This document shows positions 39,403 to 47,797 of a stretch of DNA of 64,000 nucleotides, in pieces; positions within the stretch are counted from its first letter, which is position 1; each line of letters starts with the position of its first letter. The notes under the pieces were generated by a model. It searched no databases, was not told where the DNA came from, and worked only from the letters and a program-made list of their open reading frames with translations. Source of the DNA: an uncultured Flavobacteriales bacterium. Its GTDB lineage: Bacteria; Bacteroidota; Bacteroidia; Flavobacteriales_D; Sanyastnellaceae. The DNA is taken from the NCBI GenBank assembly GCA_943846755.1, contig OX044365.1:2082747-2146746 (forward strand). The letters run 5' to 3'. Made by a program: the position numbers and the translations under genes.

Positions 39403-42400
39403 CGTCTAATCAGGGTCACGTCACCAGCTTGCTCCGCTGTGGTTCCATCTAAAAAGACGGCAGCCACGCGCCACACATACACATCTTGCTTGCAGAGTTT
39501 GCCTTGGAAGTATCCATTCCATCCGACGTTGGGGTCAGAGGTGCTGAATATTTGTTCGCCCCAGCGGTTGTACACCGTGAAGCTGTAGGCAATGGGGTTG
39601 CCCCGCAGTTGCGGGAAGAAGACGTCATTGTCCCTCAGGTCATCGTCTCCAAAGGCCTGTGATCCGCTTCCATCCCCGCCGAAAGTGGGGGTGAATGCAG
39701 AGGGGACACCGACACTTCCGCCTTCGAATTCGATGACGCAAGTGTTGCGGTCCGTGCTGTCCGTGCAAAGTTCGTTTTGGATGGTCAGCGTGATGTTGGG
39801 ATCTCCCGAGGCGCTGTAGGTATGGGTGACGATGCTGCCGTCCGGAGATTCAATCACCGTTCCATCCCCTAAACTCCAAGTGTAGCTCGCGTCACCGTAG
39901 TTGAAGTTGGGGGTCAGTTCGACCACATCGCCGACCTCTACGCATTCGTTCGGGAAGATGCTGAAGCCTGCATTGACCTGTTCGAGGACGGTGACTGTTT
40001 GCGACTCTGAAACTGCGCTTCCACCGGGGCCATAGGCTGTGACCCAAACGGTGTAGATGCCAGGTTCGAAATAGCTAAAGCCAACAGGTTCACCGAGCAG
40101 GTCTGTGATGGTCCTTGTGGCTCCTTGTCCAAAGGACCACACCAGGCTGTCCACGACACTTTCTGTTGATGGGTAGAACACGGCTTGGAGTGGGGCACAG
40201 CTGGTGGTGTCGCCTGTGAAGCTGACCAATGGCGCTGGGGGAACCAAGGTGACTGCTGCGGTCAAGGAGTCGGTGCAGCCAAAGTTGTCCAAGGTGACTT
40301 GAACCAAGTGGGTGCCGTAGGCGTCATCGGTCCATGCAATGCTGCCACCGCTGGTGTCGTAGGCGCCATTGGCTTCAATGTCCCAAGTTTCGGTGGTGCC
40401 CGCAGGGCTTTGGTTCATGTCGATGACATTGGTGACATACGGCGCGTCGAACACCACGTCTGGCGTCAGAATAAAGCTGGCTTCGGGTTGTCCCAAGACG
40501 ACAATTTGGGTGGACACAGCATCACTGCAGCCATTTTCTGGGTGAACCACGTTTAAGCTCACAGGCAACAGGGCGTTGCTGAGTGGCCCAGAGTTGAGCA
40601 ACAGGGTATCGGCAACCGGCCCCGTGGGTTCGAACCCGATCAGCGTGTCTCCTCCAATGACCCAGGTCCATGCACCTCCTGCTGTGCCGATGTCCAGAGG
40701 AATGCCAGTGGACAGGTTTTCTAGGGTCACGGCTTCGCCCAAACAGAGGGTGTCTGGGATCGCGAAGTCAGCAATGGGCAAAGCGGGCACCGACAAGTCC
40801 AGCGCATCATAATCGCTGCAACCTTCCGAGATGGCCGTTACAGAGGCGACGGTGACGTACCCAGTACCGAGTGGATTGGGGTAGGCGTGGGAGATGGTGT
40901 TGACGTTGGTGACCTCCGATGCCGGTGAGAAGGGGTCTCCAAAATCCCATATGAGGGAGTCCGCTGTTCCAGTGTAGCTAAAGGTGGCCAGTACATCGCA
41001 CCCGCTCAGTCCTTCGATGACCAACTGGCCTTGGGGCTGGGGTTCCACGTTGATGGAGTCAGAAGCTGTTGCTGTGCACCCTGTCAGGGGGTTAGTAACG
41101 CTGAGCCCCACGTGATAGGTGGCCGCTGTTCCATTGGATCCTGGGCCGCCTGGTGCAGCGGTCCACTGGGGTGCAGCGGGGGCGTTCCCAGTAAGGGTTT
41201 CAGTGCCAAAAGGCGTATCGATGGTCCAAGTGGCGATGGCCCCATTGGATACCGCAACGTCGTTTACACCAAAGGCGATGGGTTCACACCCTCCTTCTGG
41301 AAGGGTAAAACTGGCTTCTACCTCCTCTTGGACGGTGACTGTGGTCGAGGTTTGCGCCGAACACCCTTCATCGTTTGTGGCCAGCAACGTGAGCAAGTGT
41401 GTGCCGGGAGTCAAAGACAAGAGGGTGTCTGGACTTCCATTCCAAGGGTAGGTGGTGCCCAAATCAACCTGAAGTGTCCAAGAAGTCGCTCCATCTTCTG
41501 GAGTGCCGGAACGTTGCGGATTCACGGGCTCAGGAGCACACAGCGTGTTTTCTGCCGACAGTGTTGGCGTTGGGGAACCAAAGACCTCAATGGCTGCAGT
41601 GGCGCTTCCATCGCAGCCGAATACACTGGTTCCTTGGCCGGTTACGATGTAATTGCCCGCAATGGTGTAGAGGTGCGCACTGGCTCCTTCTGGGCCAGGA
41701 TTCCCGCTGTCACCAAAGTCCCAATCGACGGAAAGGGCGTTTTGGTTGGGCACTGTAAAAGCAAAGGGAGTGCAACCAGCGGCGTCGTTGATTTCGGGCT
41801 GGAATTCCGGCCTGACCAATAGCGTTGCGGAAGTGGCGGCATAACACCCATTCAACCTGCTGACCTCGAGGTCGATGGTCACGGTATCGGTTAGCAAGTC
41901 TGGGTTCTCGAAAGTGTAGGAAAACCCTTCGAAGTCACTGGTGATGGTCCCGTAGTCTTGGGCAGCACCAGACCAGACATTGTCTACTTCCCAGAACCAT
42001 TCTCCCTGCGCTCCGAGGTTGAAGGCGTTGCCTTGAAAGCTGAAAGATGTTCCGCTGCAGACCTCACCTCCTACGGTCTGGACAAACGGCGCAGGCGCGA
42101 CCGATACAGTGACGGTTTCAGTGTCCGTGCAGGTGCCTATGCCCGCTTCCACGAGCACGGTGTAGTGCACAGTGTCTTCCCCATTGTTGGGGGGCCAGGT
42201 GTGCGTGCCATCGGAATCAAGTTGGTTCGTTGATCCGTGACCGAAATACCAATTCAGTGCATTGTCTGAAATGGTACCTGTGGTATCTGTCGCTGAAAAA
42301 GGGAGGACCAACGGGCTGCAACCGATGGTGTCTGTGGCAGCCCATGCAATGGAAGGCGTGGGTGAGACTTGGGCAGAAGCCGAAACGGTATCCATGCAAC

Positions 42401-44321
42401 CGGTGGCCGTTGTGACCACGAGCGTGACAGGAAAGGTGCCCGTTTCGTCAGCTGTATACGAAGCCGTTTCACCACTGAGCCCGTTTCCGTTGACCGACCA
42501 TTCGAAGGCCGTGATGGGGCCGCCTTGGCTTGCATCTGTGGTAGATGTTCCCGCGTCGAGCGTCAAAGGGCTGCCCAAACAAGCGGGCGCCGTGGTGAAG
42601 TTTGCCTGTGGCAATGAAGCCAAAACGATGGTCTGACTTTCGGAATCTGTGCAGCCGTTGGACGAGGAGACTTCGAGACCAAAAGTGAAATTTCCTGGCC
42701 CTTCCACGGTGACTGTGGGTGGTGTCGGCCCTGTGCCAATGACGCCTGTGCCATCGAGGCTCCAGGTATATCCAACGGCGTCTTGAGAGGCATCGAGGGG
42801 TTGCACTTCCAGTGTTGTGGCGCAAGTGTCCGAAGGCAACTGGAAATCGGCGTTGGGTGGGGAGAGCACGGTGACAGGAACGGCATCCATGCCGAGGCAC
42901 CCGGAGGCCAGGGTAGGAAAGACCAACACAGCGGCATTGTATACGCCGGAAGCGTCGTACACAAAACCGGGTTGCGAGGGAATGCCTTCAAATGGAATGA
43001 GGCCGTCCACCATGGCGATGGTCATGGAGTAGGCGCCATTGCCGTAGGTAAATGAGAAACTCAAATCTTCGGCTGTCAGCGGAGCAGAGGCCTCCCAACT
43101 GACGTCGTTAAATTGGAAGGGTTCGCCAGGGCAGAGTGTGGTGACATCGGAAGTGACCTCCACCGTTGGAGGCAGAGTGACCATGATTTCTTGGGTGGCG
43201 GTATCAATGCCACAGTGGTTCTGCGAGTAGAGGGTGACGGTGTAGGTGCCCGGTCCGGGAAAGGAGAGCAAGTGATTCTGTTGACTGGCACAATCCGCGC
43301 CCCAATCAATCCAGTTGGTGGGATCCGGTCCAGCGCCGATGTACGTCGCCGCACCAAAGTCCCACTTTTCGGTCCTGACCGTGCTGTTTCCCCCAATGTT
43401 GTTGCCTTCAGATGCGCCACAGCAATTGGGGCATGACCCATTGCTCACTGTGGTTTCATCTTCAGGCCAACAGAGGACAGGATCTGCGACTTCAATCTCT
43501 GCTTCATCGATGTCCCACGTCAGAAATGCATTGCCCAAAGTGGCCTCTTTGTATCCGGTTCCGACAATGCTGCCGCCAGGCACATAGGGGGAGTTCGCCC
43601 CTCGCACTGAGCAGAAGTTGGAATAGATCAATGTGAGTGTGTGGTCACATTCTCCAGAGGCACAATTTTGGGCGTCGTAAGTGTGCGATGCCCCCAGGAT
43701 GCGGTAAATCTCATCGCCCACGCTCGAAGAGAACTTTAGGGTGTCGTATGCGGGATTGGTAAGTACCTCATCCATGGTGAAGTTGTCGGGTGCAGAACCG
43801 TCGCCCCAATCCAAACTGAAACTCCATGTGGGGCTGAATGCCAGGTTGATGTCGACCTTGGGAAAGGCGTCAAAAGGCGCGCAACCGGCGTTGTTGTCGC
43901 CATAGACCAGCACCGCCCCTGGGTTTTCGGGCTCATATACGAGAACGCCTAATTGACCTCCGGGGCAAGCATTGGTGGTGACGGTGATGTTGAAGGTTTG
44001 CCAATCGTCAGGGGAATAGGTATGGGACAGAGGCGCATTGCCGTTCCAATTCCCGATGGCCTCAGGGGCAGAGCCATCTCCCCAATCGACCACCACTCCG
44101 GTGTGGTTTGCCGGTGCGGCCGTCAGTTCAAAAGTGAAGGGGCTGGGGTCTGCTGTGACACTGCCGATGCATTGAAACCAGTGGGGTGTGCTGGTTGTGG
44201 CAGGCAATGCAGCGATGCTCTCTGTGCCAAGGAACACGGGGCATTGTGCGGTCAACTTCACAGTGATGGAGTTGAGGGCAGCGCACGATAGCGCGAATAT
44301 GAGCCAACGGAGGAGCGCCAT
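39399..44321 (-). CDS. Giant PKD/Ig-like repeat surface protein with T9SS type B (gliding motility-associated) C-terminal domain, about 1640 aa
   Basis: Start at ATG 44321 (MALLRWLIFALSCAALNSITVKLTAQ). Repeated W-x-FGD/WDFGD motifs. C-terminus VPSAFTP...NDVFFPQ...YSFTVYNRWGEQIFST...GWNGYFQGK...DVYVWRV...GDVTLIRR matches the type B sorting domain. Confidence 0.9.
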   Translation of the reverse strand: MALLRWLIFALSCAALNSITVKLTAQCPVFLGTESIAALPATTSTPHWFQCIGSVTADPSPFTFELTAAPANHTGVVVDWGDGSAPEAIGNWNGNAPLSHTYSPDDWQTFNITVTTNACPGGQLGVLVYEPENPGAVLVYGDNNAGCAPFDAFPKVDINLAFSPTWSFSLDWGDGSAPDNFTMDEVLTNPAYDTLKFSSSVGDEIYRILGASHTYDAQNCASGECDHTLTLIYSNFCSVRGANSPYVPGGSIVGTGYKEATLGNAFLTWDIDEAEIEVADPVLCWPEDETTVSNGSCPNCCGASEGNNIGGNSTVRTEKWDFGAATYIGAGPDPTNWIDWGADCASQQNHLLSFPGPGTYTVTLYSQNHCGIDTATQEIMVTLPPTVEVTSDVTTLCPGEPFQFNDVSWEASAPLTAEDLSFSFTYGNGAYSMTIAMVDGLIPFEGIPSQPGFVYDASGVYNAAVLVFPTLASGCLGMDAVPVTVLSPPNADFQLPSDTCATTLEVQPLDASQDAVGYTWSLDGTGVIGTGPTPPTVTVEGPGNFTFGLEVSSSNGCTDSESQTIVLASLPQANFTTAPACLGSPLTLDAGTSTTDASQGGPITAFEWSVNGNGLSGETASYTADETGTFPVTLVVTTATGCMDTVSASAQVSPTPSIAWAATDTIGCSPLVLPFSATDTTGTISDNALNWYFGHGSTNQLDSDGTHTWPPNNGEDTVHYTVLVEAGIGTCTDTETVTVSVAPAPFVQTVGGEVCSGTSFSFQGNAFNLGAQGEWFWEVDNVWSGAAQDYGTITSDFEGFSYTFENPDLLTDTVTIDLEVSRLNGCYAATSATLLVRPEFQPEINDAAGCTPFAFTVPNQNALSVDWDFGDSGNPGPEGASAHLYTIAGNYIVTGQGTSVFGCDGSATAAIEVFGSPTPTLSAENTLCAPEPVNPQRSGTPEDGATSWTLQVDLGTTYPWNGSPDTLLSLTPGTHLLTLLATNDEGCSAQTSTTVTVQEEVEASFTLPEGGCEPIAFGVNDVAVSNGAIATWTIDTPFGTETLTGNAPAAPQWTAAPGGPGSNGTAATYHVGLSVTNPLTGCTATASDSINVEPQPQGQLVIEGLSGCDVLATFSYTGTADSLIWDFGDPFSPASEVTNVNTISHAYPNPLGTGYVTVASVTAISEGCSDYDALDLSVPALPIADFAIPDTLCLGEAVTLENLSTGIPLDIGTAGGAWTWVIGGDTLIGFEPTGPVADTLLLNSGPLSNALLPVSLNVVHPENGCSDAVSTQIVVLGQPEASFILTPDVVFDAPYVTNVIDMNQSPAGTTETWDIEANGAYDTSGGSIAWTDDAYGTHLVQVTLDNFGCTDSLTAAVTLVPPAPLVSFTGDTTSCAPLQAVFYPSTESVVDSLVWSFGQGATRTITDLLGEPVGFSYFEPGIYTVWVTAYGPGGSAVSESQTVTVLEQVNAGFSIFPNECVEVGDVVELTPNFNYGDASYTWSLGDGTVIESPDGSIVTHTYSASGDPNITLTIQNELCTDSTDRNTCVIEFEGGSVGVPSAFTPTFGGDGSGSQAFGDDDLRDNDVFFPQLRGNPIAYSFTVYNRWGEQIFSTSDPNVGWNGYFQGKLCKQDVYVWRVAAVFLDGTTAEQAGDVTLIRR

Positions 44322-44469
44322 GTAGTGTTCTATACGGGGTGGAAGCCCCAATTGTTACGGCATACAGATTGCATGGAAGGAAATTACCTGAGAGCGCCTG
44401 TCCATATGCCGAGGCAGGGCGGACTTGTTCACCTTGCGTTGGTCACTTCTGATGGCTGATCCGGTCTGA

Positions 44470-45723
44470 TCACCAAAGACTCCGCAGGAAAAAGAGGGTC
44501 AAACCCAATAAAAAAGCCAGCCCCAGGTAGGCGGTCCAACGCAGCCATCTTTGGGGGCGTGCGGCTTCTGGAAATTGGCCCCGGGTGACCAAGATGAGCA
44601 TGGCCAAAGCGGAAGGTGGGGCGATGCAGAAGCTCAGGATGTTGCCCAGGTCAAGGAGCGTGCGAATGTCCTCTGGGAAAGCGACGATCAGCAACAGCGC
44701 ACCCAGTGAGATCAGCACCAAACTGGTGCGTTCATGGCCCAGGCGCACAGGGGCATTGCGCAGAGCGGCGATCCCATGGCTGAAACTTCTGCTGAACCCA
44801 TCGAGGCAAGCGATACAGGTGCCGAGCATGGCTGCAAAGGCTGCGGAGCCTACAAAAGGAGCACTCCACGGCCCCAACACTTCGGTGTAGAGTCCGATGA
44901 TGCCTGCAGCAAAAGCAGCGGTGCCACTGGGCAAGGCCATGTCATGGGTGCGCAACAACAAGGCGCCTAGCAACAGAAAACACAACGCCAACACGACGCA
45001 AAAGGCATAGCCGAGGTTGAATTCACGCAATGCAGAGCGCAGCCGAGGAGTGTACCCTGTTTGCCGGTAGCGCTCAAGGGTCCAGATGCTCACCCATGGA
45101 CTCAGGTCTACGGCAGAAGGCATCCACCCGAGCAGGGCGATCAAGAAGGTGAATTCGGCGCCCCTCCATGGGTTAAATGATGCGGGGGCTGGAGGAACGG
45201 CGGAGATGGGGGTGTGCAAAAGGGCTCCTGCTGTGGCCCCTAAGGTTCCGATGAGCAGCACCAAGCTGATGGCCTTGATCACTTTGTCGAGGGCAGCAAA
45301 CTTGCCGATGAGCAGGATGCCAACACACCCGGTAAAAGTGACCACGGCCACATGTGGTGTCGCATTGAAGCCAAGGATGCGGGAGACGCCAAAAAGGTGG
45401 TCCAGAAAGGAGGCGGTGACAATGCCCACGCCACCCATCACAAAGGCACAAGTGAGGGTGGTCAGAATGAGGTAGGTCCACGAGGCCCATTTGCCGAAAG
45501 TGCGGTAGCCTGCAATCAAGGATGTCCCTGTGGCATTGGCGTAGCGGGTGCCGAATTCAAAGAAGGGGTACTTGGCGATGTTGGCGGCGAGCACTGCCCA
45601 CAACAATGCGAATCCATAATCGGCTCCGGCTCGGGTGGCCTGCACCAGGTGGCTTGTTCCGATGGCGGTAGAAGCGAACAAAATGCCGGGTCCGAGCGTG
45701 AGCAGGAGTCGGCGGAGGTTCAT
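44470..45723 (-). CDS. Nramp-related membrane transporter with non-canonical metal-site residues, 417 aa
   Basis: N-terminus LGPGILFASTAIGTSHLVQATRAGADYGFALLW aligns by eye to the Nramp TM1 signature (GP...DPGN...GA..GY.LLW). About 11 hydrophobic helices. Starts 3 nt after the mbnH-like stop. Confidence 0.8.
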   Translation of the reverse strand: MNLRRLLLTLGPGILFASTAIGTSHLVQATRAGADYGFALLWAVLAANIAKYPFFEFGTRYANATGTSLIAGYRTFGKWASWTYLILTTLTCAFVMGGVGIVTASFLDHLFGVSRILGFNATPHVAVVTFTGCVGILLIGKFAALDKVIKAISLVLLIGTLGATAGALLHTPISAVPPAPASFNPWRGAEFTFLIALLGWMPSAVDLSPWVSIWTLERYRQTGYTPRLRSALREFNLGYAFCVVLALCFLLLGALLLRTHDMALPSGTAAFAAGIIGLYTEVLGPWSAPFVGSAAFAAMLGTCIACLDGFSRSFSHGIAALRNAPVRLGHERTSLVLISLGALLLIVAFPEDIRTLLDLGNILSFCIAPPSALAMLILVTRGQFPEAARPQRWLRWTAYLGLAFLLGLTLFFLRSLW

Positions 45724-45726
45724 GGT

Positions 45727-46857
45727 TCAGTGGGGGTCGGCGAATGCTGGATTTGAAGCAAACGCAGTATCGGTCAAGGTATGAAGGAAGGCGATGAGCG
45801 CTTCTTTTTGCTGGGGTTGCAGCATCAGCCCGCCAGAACTGTACTTCATGAATGGGTCGATGGTCTGCGAGGGTTGCCCTCCAGAGTTGTAGTGATCCAA
45901 CACCTCTTCCAATGTCTGGAAGCGGCCATCGTGCATGTAGGGCGGCGACAGCGCTACGTTGCGCAGCGTGGGTGTTCGGAAACGGCCACTGTCCAAGGCC
46001 ACCCCGGTAATGCCAGCCAGCCCGGGGTCGGCGCCAAACGTGGCGTCTAATCCATTGTTGTGGAAGAGGTAGTCGGAAAATTGCAATCCTGCTTCACCGT
46101 GGCAATGGAAGCAATCGCCGCCGAACTGACCGCCGCTGACCACTTCTGGATCACCCCCTTCCCGGTTGAAGATCTCATAGCCTTGAAATTCCAGTTCCGA
46201 AAGTTGGGTCACCCCCCTGCGCCACCGGTCAAATTTGCTGTCGGCAGAAATCATGGTGCGCAAGAATTGTGCAACGGCTTTGCTCACTTTTTCTGAGGAG
46301 ACACCGGCTTCACCAAAGGCTGTGAGGAAGCGCTCCGCATATTCGGGGTCGGCGGCCAGTCTAGCTTCTGCTTCTGCCCACGGCAGGTTCATTTCGTCTG
46401 GGTGGGGAATGGGATCCAGTATTTGTTCCTCCAAGGTTGCTGCCCTGCCGTCCCAGAAGAAATGTTGGGCCCAGCCCATGTTGACCAAGGCCATGGCATT
46501 GCGGGTGCCTTGGGCCCCCGTCACTCCGGTGGAAACAGGATTGGGATCGGCAAATGCGAAAGAGGGCAAATGGCAACTTCCACAGCTCATGGTACTGTCG
46601 GAACTCAGCCCCGTTTCCCAAAAAAGCAGCCTTCCCAACTCCACGCCTTCCACGGTCATGGGGTTGTCCGGCGGGATGTCCATGGGGGGGAAAAACGGCG
46701 GAATGTCGATTTCGTAAGCGGTGGTTCCCGGTGGGGTCTTGCACGTGGCCGTTTCGTCTGGCCGACACCCAGATGCTGCCAACACCCCCCACGCCAAAAG
46801 CCACACCGCAGAGCGGTTCATCAGTGAGGTGAGCGGGCGGGGCATCATGGCCATCAA
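45727..46857 (-). CDS. Di-haem cytochrome c peroxidase family (CCP/MauG/MbnH-like) lipoprotein, 376 aa
   Basis: Two CxxCH haem motifs (SCGSCHLPS and DCFHCHGE). Lipoprotein signal ...WGVLAASGC. The start could be any of several Met codons between 46857 and 46821. Confidence 0.9.
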   Translation of the reverse strand: MMAMMPRPLTSLMNRSAVWLLAWGVLAASGCRPDETATCKTPPGTTAYEIDIPPFFPPMDIPPDNPMTVEGVELGRLLFWETGLSSDSTMSCGSCHLPSFAFADPNPVSTGVTGAQGTRNAMALVNMGWAQHFFWDGRAATLEEQILDPIPHPDEMNLPWAEAEARLAADPEYAERFLTAFGEAGVSSEKVSKAVAQFLRTMISADSKFDRWRRGVTQLSELEFQGYEIFNREGGDPEVVSGGQFGGDCFHCHGEAGLQFSDYLFHNNGLDATFGADPGLAGITGVALDSGRFRTPTLRNVALSPPYMHDGRFQTLEEVLDHYNSGGQPSQTIDPFMKYSSGGLMLQPQQKEALIAFLHTLTDTAFASNPAFADPH

Positions 46858-46876
46858 GATAACGCGGAGTGCGGTT

Positions 46877-47641
46877 TTAGTTCTTGACCAGGGTCACAGC
46901 TGCTTGCTGACCCGCCACGTATCGCTCTGCGAGTCCGAGGTTGTCGCCAGTATGGGTCACGTTGTCCTCCCGAACATCGATGGTGTCGTTTCCAAGGACC
47001 AGAAAGTCCAGCAACTCGCCTTCCAGGCTGAATTCGTGGGTGCTACATTCTGCCACGGTCCATGGCTCGTTGTATTTGATCTCCACGAGTTGCGGATCAC
47101 CGCCGATGTGGAAGGCATACGGATGGATGAAGTTCTCCCCTCCGGTGGTGTCGGCTTTGCCATCGAATTTGCTGAAGATGTATCCGGTGTTCCAGCTCCA
47201 GAACATGCCTGCGCTGCCATTGACGCCCAAGGGATGGTCGTTGGGCCAAATGGTCGGGTCGGTATCGGTATTGTACTCGGTGGGAACACCAAGGTGTGCG
47301 CGAAAACCTGAGTAGGTGCCCGGCTCTACGATGTAACTCCAGGCATTCGGTGCACCGGCATCCCACCTTTCAGCGTCGGACAGCCGCACGGCCCCTGTAT
47401 CGTTGAGGAGTTCAATGCCGCCGAGGTATATCGAGAATGTCTCGAGCCTCAAACGGTTACCTGCTGCATCCAATGCCGTTCGCCCCACCAAAACGGAGTC
47501 TCCGTCAAAGCTAAAATTGGCGCTCAAGGTCAATGTGCCTGGACCACCGTGCATGGGTTCCGGCTTGCACCCTGTGGCCATGATGCCAATCAAGACGGTG
47601 GATGCAAAAAAGAAGCGGAATGTCGATGATGTGGCGTTCAT
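46877..47641 (-). CDS. MbnP-like periplasmic lipoprotein (putative metal-binding partner of the di-haem peroxidase), 254 aa
   Basis: Track ORF trimmed to ATG 47641 (MNATSSTFRFFFASTVLIGIMATGC lipobox), preceded by GAAAGGAGGAA. Motifs FSIYLGGIELL and HPLGVNGSAGMFWSWNTGYIFSKFDGK resemble the MbnP family (by eye). Confidence 0.65.
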   Translation of the reverse strand: MNATSSTFRFFFASTVLIGIMATGCKPEPMHGGPGTLTLSANFSFDGDSVLVGRTALDAAGNRLRLETFSIYLGGIELLNDTGAVRLSDAERWDAGAPNAWSYIVEPGTYSGFRAHLGVPTEYNTDTDPTIWPNDHPLGVNGSAGMFWSWNTGYIFSKFDGKADTTGGENFIHPYAFHIGGDPQLVEIKYNEPWTVAECSTHEFSLEGELLDFLVLGNDTIDVREDNVTHTGDNLGLAERYVAGQQAAVTLVKN

Positions 47642-47666
47642 GGTGTGAATTTCCTCCTTTCTAAAC

Positions 47667-47690
47667 GGTTGCACAGGGGTGCAGGTTGCA
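47667..47690. promoter_or_regulatory. Candidate operator in the mbnP / helicase divergent region
   Basis: Direct repeat GGTTGCA (47667..47673 and 47684..47690) enclosing the palindrome TGCAC-AGGG-GTGCA (47670..47683), 26-50 nt upstream of the mbnP-like ATG. Confidence 0.2.
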
Positions 47691-47797
47691 AATGATTCAC
47701 CAAAAGCGTGTGAAGGGGCTTGGGTGACTTCAGAGCTTGGGCGACCTTGGAGGCCATGAAGCAAGCTGCGCACGGCGAAACCCCTCAGAACGGTGGG

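Noticed and set aside
40626-40637. GGGTTCGAACCC, reminiscent of a tRNA T-arm
   Set aside because: The flanking bases do not form acceptor, D or anticodon stems (GTGGG versus CCGAT do not pair). It lies inside the adhesin coding frame.
44363-44414. Imperfect inverted repeat GGCATACAG...CTGTCCATATGCC between the Nramp-like gene and the adhesin gene; considered as a terminator or invertible-promoter arm
   Set aside because: It has a 30-nt loop, a 4-nt bulge and no U-run. There is no second copy and no recombinase gene nearby.
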